14,325 nt of DNA from Deferribacterales bacterium (GCA_050253335.1 JBFWJG010000053.1:1-14325); one strand, 5' to 3'. Numbered from the stretch's first letter, positions 1-7,597 are shown. Notes: a model not told the origin generated them from the letters alone. Numbers and translations are program-made.

Positions 1-182
1 CCAACCTTAGATTGCACAATACAAGATATACGTTTAGTGGAGTAAAATCAACCCTAATATGCACAACAGAAACACTCGCGCGATTTTAATGCATTAATAT
101 CTTTCAACCTCTAAATGCAAATAGCCTATTAAAAAAGTGATTTGATGCAGTATATTTGCGCGGATATTCAAGGAGGGAGCTT

Positions 183-476
183 ATGGTGGAAGTTGCTGTT
201 GAGGGAAACAGTGTTCATATTAAAGGAAATATCAAAAGCATAGATGACTATCTCGCTGTGAAGAATTCTCTTCAGGAACTAGCGGACAAGGGAGTCCGCT
301 CCATTGAGGTCTGCTTCACTGATTCAGTATCAATTACCTCCTCTATCATCGGCTTTATGCTGAAGCTGATCAATGTCGACAAGATAGACCTCAGTGTGAC
401 CGCAGGGGACAAAAAGCTTCTGGCTCTTCTGGAAGAGCTTGAACTGCAGGGAATATTTAAAGTCCGCGGGCTGTAA
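183..476 (+). CDS. Small STAS-like (anti-anti-sigma-factor-like) protein, 97 aa
   Basis: AGGAGG at 171-176 precedes ATG 183, preferred over the TTG at 156. Size and pattern fit STAS; DSVSITSSIIGFMLKL resembles the STAS phospho-Ser motif (D...IDSSGLG); C-terminal LLEELELQGIF is STAS-like. Confidence 0.65.
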   Translation: MVEVAVEGNSVHIKGNIKSIDDYLAVKNSLQELADKGVRSIEVCFTDSVSITSSIIGFMLKLINVDKIDLSVTAGDKKLLALLEELELQGIFKVRGL

Positions 477-515
477 ATAAATCCTCTGCCTGCGGGCTTT
501 CTTAGCCTTAATTTA

Positions 516-544
516 TTGCCGTCATCCTGTTACGGTAGTATAAT
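516..544 (+). promoter_or_regulatory. Sigma70-type promoter for the receiver-luxP-sensor operon
   Basis: TTGCCG (516-521), 17 bp spacer, perfect TATAAT (539-544); 65 bp upstream of ATG 610. Confidence 0.65.
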
Positions 545-609
545 ATTATCAGATATACCAATTTGAATTATCGACATGGCGTATTGCCGTAAGGCACTGG
601 AAGGATAAA

Positions 610-969
610 ATGAAAGATATATCTGTACTGATTGTTGAGGATGAACCGGCTGTGGCGGGGGCTCTTGAACTCAGGCTGAAGCGTACTTTCGGCAGGGTTT
701 TCAGCGCGTCCGATGGACGAAAGGGTCTGGAAACCGCAATTGCGGTGAAGCCCGATGTCATAGTTACTGATCTGCGAATGCCCCATATGGAGGGGCTGGA
801 GATGATAGAGGAGATCCGAAAATCTCTTCCTTATGTCCATGTGATAGTTCTCACCGCATCCAGCGACAGGTTTGACCGAAAAAAAGCCGAAGAGCTCGGT
901 GTAGAGGGGTATTTCACCAAACCCCTCATGGTGAATGAGCTTATCACTAAAATTCAGGAGCTGGTTTAG
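610..969 (+). CDS. Single-domain response regulator (REC, CheY-like)
   Basis: LIVEDE acidic pocket, PDVIVTDLRMP phospho-Asp, VLTA Thr, FTKP Lys-Pro; no output domain; GGAAGGA RBS upstream. Confidence 0.93.
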   Translation: MKDISVLIVEDEPAVAGALELRLKRTFGRVFSASDGRKGLETAIAVKPDVIVTDLRMPHMEGLEMIEEIRKSLPYVHVIVLTASSDRFDRKKAEELGVEGYFTKPLMVNELITKIQELV

Positions 970-970
970 T

Positions 971-2077
971 ATGAAAAGGGCGCAAGCGCTCTTTTTTGCC
1001 GTTATCCTCAGCGCATTTTCAGCGTTCGGCGCGCAGAAGGATTTCTTCACTGTTTCGGAATATATGCTCATGCACCCCGAACAGGCGTGGAAGTTTGACA
1101 GCTTCGTAAATATTGTCCGCAGTGCCCCTGTGCCTCTGAAAACAACAAACGCAAAACCGGCTAAAATAGCCGTTGTGTATCCCGCGGTTCAGGCGTCCGA
1201 TTACTGGCGGCGCAGTGTTAAGGTGCTGGAAAAGAGGCTTGCGGAACTTAATGTGAACTATACCCTGACAACCTATTTCAGCAGGCCGTCCGGAGATTCG
1301 AGGCTGCAGATGGCGCAGCTTGCGGAGGCCGCGGCGGGCGGAGCTGACTTTATCATAGTTTCGGCAGATTCATCACAGATGCGGAAGGCTGTCGGAAGGC
1401 TGCTTTTTGAGGGGAAACACGAAATTATCATACAGAACCTCACCACCCCGCTCAGAGAGTGGGAGCCTTCCCGTCCGCTTCTGTACACAGGGTTTGACCA
1501 TATAGCGGGCTCCGCCATGCTGGCGGACGCAGTTGCGGACACTGTTCCTCAGAACTCATCCTACGCTGTTCTCAACTGTTCCGGCGGAGAGGTGGGCTAT
1601 CTCAGAACCAAGGGCTTCACAGACCGCCTTGCCTCAAGGGGCAGATATGTCAGGAAGGCAGAATATATTACAGACTTTGACAGGGAAAAATCAAAGATAG
1701 CAGCAAAAGAGATTCTGAGGGTTCACCCTGACGTTTCCTTTATTTTCGCCTGCGCCACTGATGTGGCTCTCGGGGCGGCAGATGCCCTGCGGGAGGCCGG
1801 CGCGCAGAAGATAATCCTCAACGGATGGGGAGGCGGAAACGCTGAACTGGAGCTTATAAAACAAAAAGAGCTTGACCTTACTGTCATGCGTATGAATGAT
1901 GAAAGCAGTGTTGCTGCCGCGGAGGCTGTGAAGTTTGTTCTCTCCGGAAGGGCGAATGATGTGCCCGTTGTTTTCTCAGGGGATTTCAGCCTTGTTACCT
2001 CCGCCGACAGCGCAGACGAGATAAAAATGCTCAAAAAAAGGGCTTTCAGGTATTCGGGTGAAAATGAGCAGGATTAG
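971..2077 (+). CDS. luxP: Autoinducer-2 binding periplasmic protein, LuxP family
   Basis: Signal peptide MKRAQALFFAVILSAFSAFG from ATG 971. LuxP-specific motifs VVYPAVQASDYW, QNLTTPLREW, GFDH, ACATDVALGA, NGWGGG, TVMRMND, SGDF and LKKRAFRYS match Vibrio LuxP as recalled. Confidence 0.88.
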   Translation: MKRAQALFFAVILSAFSAFGAQKDFFTVSEYMLMHPEQAWKFDSFVNIVRSAPVPLKTTNAKPAKIAVVYPAVQASDYWRRSVKVLEKRLAELNVNYTLTTYFSRPSGDSRLQMAQLAEAAAGGADFIIVSADSSQMRKAVGRLLFEGKHEIIIQNLTTPLREWEPSRPLLYTGFDHIAGSAMLADAVADTVPQNSSYAVLNCSGGEVGYLRTKGFTDRLASRGRYVRKAEYITDFDREKSKIAAKEILRVHPDVSFIFACATDVALGAADALREAGAQKIILNGWGGGNAELELIKQKELDLTVMRMNDESSVAAAEAVKFVLSGRANDVPVVFSGDFSLVTSADSADEIKMLKKRAFRYSGENEQD

Positions 2078-5000
2078 ATCTGTTAAAATATCCTCATTTC
2101 TGGCCATGCTTCTGGCGGGTTTTTCCGTCATTCTCTCTGTGGTTATTTTCATCTGGAGCAGTCTGGATGCCGGAAATCTCATAAAGCGCGAACAGACAAG
2201 GCTTCTGGAGAGGAACCACCACACAGCGTCCATGATTTTTGAAAAGGAACTGGAACAGCTGAACTGGGTCACAAGAGACCTGCGGGTAAGCCTCAGGCAG
2301 CTTCTTGTGAAAACCGCCGATCCTTCTTCGGATGAGTTCAAAAGCGGCTTTGAATCAATATACGATCTGAGCGTGGGTGAAAACGCCGATTTGATGATTT
2401 TTGTTTCTTACGACGAAAACAATGTCATTGACGCAGGCTCTCCCCTCTTTGATACATCAGGAATAATCAGTTTTCTTAAAAACAGCGGGCAGAGCGTCAC
2501 GGCCTCCGGCTCTGTGTACTCTGTTGAGACAGCGGGCGGAGCTGCCCCGCTTGCGGTCATTCTCGGCTATACGCAGGTGAACCACCCCGCAACGGGCGAG
2601 GTTCTGGGCAGGGTCTACACAGGCAGAATAATTAACGGCGCGCCGGATCTCATCAGGAAAACAGCGGCAGAAGCGGGCTCCGGCATAGCTTTCGTAGCGG
2701 GGGGAAGGGTTATCTCCTCCTCGGACAGGTTCAGCATGAGCGATTTTCTTCCTGAGGCCTGTGAAAGAGCCGGAGAAGCCTTGAAAGTCAGGGCAAGCTT
2801 CACTGCCTACTGCAGTCCTCTGGAGCTGAAAGGTTCTGCCATGCCTCTCATGATTTACCAGCTTACGGATAATCAGTCTCTGACACTCATGAAAAAGCAG
2901 ATAACAGCGAGAGCCGCCGCCGCGGTTATCCTTATTATAATCATGACAGCAATCTCTGTTTACTGGTTCCACCGGATTACAGCACGGTCTCTCATGTATC
3001 TTATCGACTATACCCACAGCATAAGCGCCTCCGGCAGCATTGACGGCTTCAGCCCCACCCCTGTTTATGAGTTCAACCGTCTGGGCGAGGCTGTTTCCGC
3101 AATGAACAGGGAACTGCGTGAAACACAGGCATATCTGGGCAATTTTCTGAGTTTCGCTAAAGTTCCGCTTATCGCGTGGGACACGGAAAACAGGATAGTT
3201 ATTTTCAACAAATCCATGGAAGAGCTCTCAGGAATTGAGGAGGCGCAGGCGGTCGGCCATAATCTCGAGATTATATTCTCATGCCTCACCGGAGACAGGC
3301 TCAAGGAGCTTCTGCTGAAGGCGGCCGGAAACGCGGACACCCTTTCCAACTTTGAATCCATGGTGAAGAATGTCAAAACAGGCGAAATGAAATATATCCT
3401 CTGGAATCTCTCCATGGCGGGAACAGGCGAAAAAAGCTTCGGGGTTGTTCTTCAGGGGATTGACATCACTGACAGGAAATCCTCGGAGGAGAAGCTTCTG
3501 CTTGCTTCCAAGGTTTTTGAAAATACCATAGAAGCCATTTATATAACCAACACAAGAGGGATTATCCTGAGTGTCAACAAGGCCTTCCTCCGGATTACAG
3601 GCTTCAGCGAGGAAGAGGCCATAGGCAATAAAACCAGCATTCTCCGTTCCGGCAGGCACGCAAATCACTTTTACAAGGGTCTGTGGAATTCCCTGAAGGA
3701 AACAGGCACATGGCAGGGTGAGATATGGAACAGGCGCAAAAACGGAGAGCTTTATCCGGCGCTTCTGAATATATCCAGCATAAGAGACTCAAACGGAAAT
3801 ATCTCCCATTTCATAGGCGTGATGCACGACATAACCGAAAGGAAAAAATACGAGGAACAGATCAAGTATCAGTCCCATTATGATCCGCTAACGAATCTGC
3901 CTAACCGCTATCTCTTTCAGGACAGGCTGAGCATGGCTATTTCCAGAGCGCGGAAAAACCATAATTATGTCGGGCTGATCTCCATCGATATAGACAGATT
4001 CAAAAACGTCAACGACACACTGGGGCATAATGTCGGGGATATACTGCTTCAGAAAATAGCCGACAGGATAGTGGGCACAGTGGGTGACAGCATCACGGTG
4101 AGCAGGCTTGGCGGGGATGAGTACACAGTCATAATTGAAGACCTTTCTGACAAGAACAGGGCAGTGACGGTGGCGTACAATGTCATTAAACAGCTTGAGA
4201 AGCCTTTTCAGGTGGATGATTACGAGCTTTTCCTTAAATGCAGCGCAGGGCTGAGCTTTTATCCGGATGACGGAGAAGATGTTTTCACCGTGGCCAAAAA
4301 CGCCGATGCCGCAATGTACCGTGCGAAGGCGAAGGGGCGCGGAATGCTCCAGATTTACACCACAGACTTTAACGACACCGCAAAAGACAGGCTCATTGTA
4401 GAAACCAAGCTTAACCGCGCGCTGGATAACGGCGAGTTTGAAGTTTACTATCAGCCTAAGATAAATCTCAAAACCCTTCAGATGACCGGGATGGAGGCGC
4501 TGATCCGCTGGAACAACCCCGATCTCGGCAGGGTTTTCCCTGATATGTTCATTCCCATCGCGGAGGAAACAGGGCTCATTGTTCCCATCGGTCACTGGGT
4601 TTTAAAGAGATCCTGCGAGGATCTCATGAGATGGCGCTCCAAGGGCTACGACCTCAAGGTGGCGGTGAACCTTTCCCTCAAGCAGTTTATCCAGAAGGAT
4701 CTCTACATGTCCGTGCGGAACGTTCTGCAGGAAACCGGAGTGAATCCTGAGCACCTTGAACTTGAGATTACCGAAAGCACAATCATGGTGGATACTGAAA
4801 ATACCCGGGATATTCTGGATAAGCTCAGCTCACTGGGAATATCTTTCGCTATCGATGACTTCGGCACAGGGTTCAGTTCCATTGGTTATCTGACAAGAAT
4901 ACCCATAGATACCATAAAGATAGACAAAACTTTCACTCAAGGGATAGACAGCAGTGAGGACTCGCTTTCCATAGTTCGCTCGGTTATTCAGCTTTCCAGA

Positions 5001-5192
5001 AACCTGAACATCGAGGTTGTTGCCGAAGGGGTGGAGAATGAGGTTCATCTTAGACTGCTCCGTGAGATGGAGTGTGATCTGGCGCAGGGTTATTATTTCA
5101 GCAGGCCTGTTCCGGCGGGAGAGTTCGAAAAGCTTCTTGAAGGCTGGAGTGAAAACTTTTCCCTTGAGATCAACAGCTTAAAAAAGGCTTAG
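2058..5192 (+). CDS. Membrane sensor: TM, LuxQ-like periplasmic domain, TM, HAMP, PAS, PAS/PAC, GGDEF, EAL (diguanylate cyclase/phosphodiesterase)
   Basis: Two TM segments; PATGEVLG (2586-2609) and TDNQSL recall LuxQ; PAS motifs ending DITDRK and DITERK; HYDPLTNLPNR, DIDRFKNVNDTLGHNVGD, GGDEY (4110-4124); EAL (4494-4502), ELEITES, DDFGTGFSS (4854-4880), IKIDK, AEGVE, QGYYFSRP. Start may be GTG 2058 or ATG 2064; overlaps the luxP stop. Confidence 0.93.
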   Translation: MKMSRIRSVKISSFLAMLLAGFSVILSVVIFIWSSLDAGNLIKREQTRLLERNHHTASMIFEKELEQLNWVTRDLRVSLRQLLVKTADPSSDEFKSGFESIYDLSVGENADLMIFVSYDENNVIDAGSPLFDTSGIISFLKNSGQSVTASGSVYSVETAGGAAPLAVILGYTQVNHPATGEVLGRVYTGRIINGAPDLIRKTAAEAGSGIAFVAGGRVISSSDRFSMSDFLPEACERAGEALKVRASFTAYCSPLELKGSAMPLMIYQLTDNQSLTLMKKQITARAAAAVILIIIMTAISVYWFHRITARSLMYLIDYTHSISASGSIDGFSPTPVYEFNRLGEAVSAMNRELRETQAYLGNFLSFAKVPLIAWDTENRIVIFNKSMEELSGIEEAQAVGHNLEIIFSCLTGDRLKELLLKAAGNADTLSNFESMVKNVKTGEMKYILWNLSMAGTGEKSFGVVLQGIDITDRKSSEEKLLLASKVFENTIEAIYITNTRGIILSVNKAFLRITGFSEEEAIGNKTSILRSGRHANHFYKGLWNSLKETGTWQGEIWNRRKNGELYPALLNISSIRDSNGNISHFIGVMHDITERKKYEEQIKYQSHYDPLTNLPNRYLFQDRLSMAISRARKNHNYVGLISIDIDRFKNVNDTLGHNVGDILLQKIADRIVGTVGDSITVSRLGGDEYTVIIEDLSDKNRAVTVAYNVIKQLEKPFQVDDYELFLKCSAGLSFYPDDGEDVFTVAKNADAAMYRAKAKGRGMLQIYTTDFNDTAKDRLIVETKLNRALDNGEFEVYYQPKINLKTLQMTGMEALIRWNNPDLGRVFPDMFIPIAEETGLIVPIGHWVLKRSCEDLMRWRSKGYDLKVAVNLSLKQFIQKDLYMSVRNVLQETGVNPEHLELEITESTIMVDTENTRDILDKLSSLGISFAIDDFGTGFSSIGYLTRIPIDTIKIDKTFTQGIDSSEDSLSIVRSVIQLSRNLNIEVVAEGVENEVHLRLLREMECDLAQGYYFSRPVPAGEFEKLLEGWSENFSLEINSLKKA

Positions 5193-6019
5193 AGCTTTGA
5201 TGGGCCGGCCATGCCGAACCCTTGAGTGGTTCTGATGCCTATGCCTGATTCCACAAGAAGGGAAAGATCCTCCGGATGACCGCTGAGCTGAAATGTTCCT
5301 GTTATTCCGGTGAGCATCATGAGAGATTTTCCCGTTTTTTCCCTGAATTTGTCCAGTGTGTGCTTGATTACGGTCTTGCGCAGCTTAACAGGCCTGAACA
5401 CTATGGGCTCCAGCGGGTATTTTCCCGTCATGCCGAAAATGCGCATGGAGGAGATTTCCGCAAGCCTGTCCGAGTATTCCTTTTCGGAAACCTCCAGTTC
5501 ACAGTATCCGTCCTCCACGGGGGGGATGATAGGCTTCTTCGAGTTCTGAGCTTCAAGAAGGACAGGCGAGTGCGTATGAAGGGTGACTTCCGGAGCTTCA
5601 ATGGCAAAAGGCCTGTTGAGAAGCTTTGAGTTCTCAAGCATATAAGTAAGCTTTTTGCCTCCCACCAGAATCTGCCCGTTTCGGGAAAAATCTATATCCT
5701 TCTTTCTCTCAAACCCTTCCTGCACTGCAAGAAGAAATTTCTCATACGGACTTGAAATGTATAATGTGACAAACTTGTTCTCGGGGATATAAAAAACAGT
5801 ATCGTGAACTTCAAAGCTGTTGTCGAAGACGATGGCTTCTTTCCTGAATTTGTCTCTGGAGAAGGCGAGATTGAACGTGAAGAATTTGAAGCTTTTATCA
5901 GTAAGCCCCATATTCAGTGATTCATAGCCGCTTTCAGCGGCTGATTTGATGATTTCGGCTATTCTGTTTCTGAAAATGACCGGTACTTCTGTTGCGGTAA
6001 GAGTAAGTTTCAAAAGCAT
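5189..6019 (-). CDS. cas6: CRISPR-associated endoribonuclease Cas6 (orphan; type I-B/III-like)
   Basis: C-terminal G-rich loop GIGIRTTQGFGM, plus KFFTF, ISSP, HSPVLL and GTFQLSG..EDL RAMP/Cas6 motifs; AGGAG RBS 9 nt before the ATG. Confidence 0.87.
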   Translation of the reverse strand: MLLKLTLTATEVPVIFRNRIAEIIKSAAESGYESLNMGLTDKSFKFFTFNLAFSRDKFRKEAIVFDNSFEVHDTVFYIPENKFVTLYISSPYEKFLLAVQEGFERKKDIDFSRNGQILVGGKKLTYMLENSKLLNRPFAIEAPEVTLHTHSPVLLEAQNSKKPIIPPVEDGYCELEVSEKEYSDRLAEISSMRIFGMTGKYPLEPIVFRPVKLRKTVIKHTLDKFREKTGKSLMMLTGITGTFQLSGHPEDLSLLVESGIGIRTTQGFGMAGPSKL

Positions 6020-6502
6020 CGTGGAAGTCTCCTGTCAAAAGAAAATTCACATTTAAGTATGTATCCTCTTTGATATTAACATAAAGATAATGAAAGAACA
6101 ATCTCAACAAAGTCTTATATAACAAATAATATTGACTGAATTAATGAAATGGCAATATAAAAAATGAATACACGTGAAAAAAGACAGCGGGAAAATGATT
6201 ATTAGATTCATGAATGTGCTTTCTTATAAATATGATAATGCTTATTGACATTATTTAGGCAAGTTAGCCTGTTAATCAAGACCGCCCCAACCGCCTGTCA
6301 GCGTACCTTAACATATGTACACGCTGCGTTTGTCATCAGTCTTTTATAAATTATGAATTGTGAAAATTTATGACTGCAGGTTTTGTGAATAAATATATCC
6401 CTAAGAATGTTTCAGCATTTTTTCAAAATCTTCGCAGGAAGGTGTCCTGAGCCGGATTCTGTAAAAATATAAAATTGCTGTTAAACAAATTTAAGCGGCA
6501 GG

Positions 6503-6531
6503 TTTACGCCGGACTTATTTGGTGATATAAA
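6503..6531 (+). promoter_or_regulatory. Putative sigma70 promoter directly before the exonuclease ATG (possibly leaderless)
   Basis: TTTACG (6503-6508), 17 bp, TATAAA (6526-6531) with TGn extension; ATG 6 nt later; no good SD. Confidence 0.45.
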
Positions 6532-6537
6532 GAAAGA

Positions 6538-7182
6538 ATGGATGAAGCACTTACAATATCTACACAAAACAGACTGAGTAAAGAATATGTAGCTTCTTTG
6601 GAAGCAGTCAGATTTGACGGAGAAATCATTACTGTTACGGAACCTGAACATGCCGAAGAGGTTTGCAGGGAGCTCAGCGGAACCGGCGAACTGGGTTTTG
6701 ATACGGAAAGCAGGCCTTCCTTCAGGAGAGGGGAAAGCTACCCTGTTTCCCTTGTTCAGCTTTCAACCCTTGAGAAGGCTTATCTTTTTCAGCTTAACGG
6801 CGGAAGTCTGCCCGAAGGTCTGGTTAGGATTTTCTCGGATTCTTCAATAAAAAAAATCGGCGTAGGCATAAGGGACGATATAAAAAAGCTGAAAGAGCTT
6901 GCCCCTTTTGAAGAAAAGGGATTTATCGACCTTGGCGATATAGCTGCCGAAAAAGGGATAATCCAGTTCGGCGCCCGTGCTCTGGCTGCCAGATATCTTG
7001 GGCGTAAAATTGTCAAATCCGCGCAGAAAACTAACTGGGCCCGCAGAGACCTCACTGAAAAGCAGAAAAATTATGCCGCGACGGACGCGTGGGTCTGCCT
7101 GACGATTTACCCTCTTCTGCTGAATGATCCCAACGACTACAGGGAATGTCCGGCGGAGGCTCCGGAAGAGGCAGATGGATAA
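6538..7182 (+). CDS. 3'-5' exonuclease, DEDDy (RNase D / WRN-exonuclease-like)
   Basis: ExoI GFDTES, SLVQLST, ExoII KIGVGIRDD, FIDL, ExoIII TNW...LTEKQKNYAATDAW. Confidence 0.9.
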   Translation: MDEALTISTQNRLSKEYVASLEAVRFDGEIITVTEPEHAEEVCRELSGTGELGFDTESRPSFRRGESYPVSLVQLSTLEKAYLFQLNGGSLPEGLVRIFSDSSIKKIGVGIRDDIKKLKELAPFEEKGFIDLGDIAAEKGIIQFGARALAARYLGRKIVKSAQKTNWARRDLTEKQKNYAATDAWVCLTIYPLLLNDPNDYRECPAEAPEEADG

Positions 7183-7597
7183 CCCATTTGTTTTCACGAA
7201 AGAGATTGAGATTCAGGGTTATGACATTGATTACGGCGGTGTTGTGAGCAATATTGTCTACATCCGCTGGATGGACGACCTGCGGAGCGCACTGCTGAAG
7301 GCTCATTATCCTGTTGATGTGATGGCAAAGGACGGCATTGCCCCTGTGGTAAATAAAACCCATGCCCATTATAAACGCTCCTCATTTTTCGGTGACAGGC
7401 TGACAGCGGAAATCCGTATGACAGCCCTCGAAAAAGTGCGCTGGGAAATACAGGCGGTTATAACAAACGGAGACGGCAAAACTGTCTTCACTGCTGTTCA
7501 GTCCGGTGCGTTTGTTGACCTGAGGAACGGAAGGCTCGCACCTGTTCCGCCTGTGCTGGCTAAGCTTTGGGCTGCCTGTCAGGCGGAGAAACTGTAA
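7175..7597 (+). CDS. Acyl-CoA thioesterase, 4HBT/YbgC hot-dog family
   Basis: DIDYGGVVSNIVYIRWMDDLR signature, HYKR..FFGD, GAFVD...GR..PVP. ATG 7175 follows GGAAGAGG and overlaps the exonuclease stop. Confidence 0.88.
   Translation: MDNPFVFTKEIEIQGYDIDYGGVVSNIVYIRWMDDLRSALLKAHYPVDVMAKDGIAPVVNKTHAHYKRSSFFGDRLTAEIRMTALEKVRWEIQAVITNGDGKTVFTAVQSGAFVDLRNGRLAPVPPVLAKLWAACQAEKL

Noticed and set aside
551..609. c-di-GMP riboswitch in the operon leader
   Set aside because: Leader is only about 60 nt and lacks the class I or II conserved elements; just one short GNRA hairpin.
549..5048. Minus-strand ORFs such as 568-1071, 2457-3017 and 3888-4595
   Set aside because: Antisense shadows of well-supported plus-strand genes, with no recognisable motifs.
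2058..5192. Naming the sensor luxQ
   Set aside because: No HisKA, HATPase or REC domains; only the input half is LuxQ-like.
5934..6125. 63-aa minus ORF upstream of and overlapping cas6 (possible small toxin)
   Set aside because: Non-ATG start, no RBS, AT-rich promoter-like DNA, and out-of-frame overlap with cas6.
6020..6537. Bona fide CRISPR array or leader next to cas6
   Set aside because: No three or more regularly spaced near-identical repeats; only degenerate AT-rich similarities, reported as low-confidence findings.
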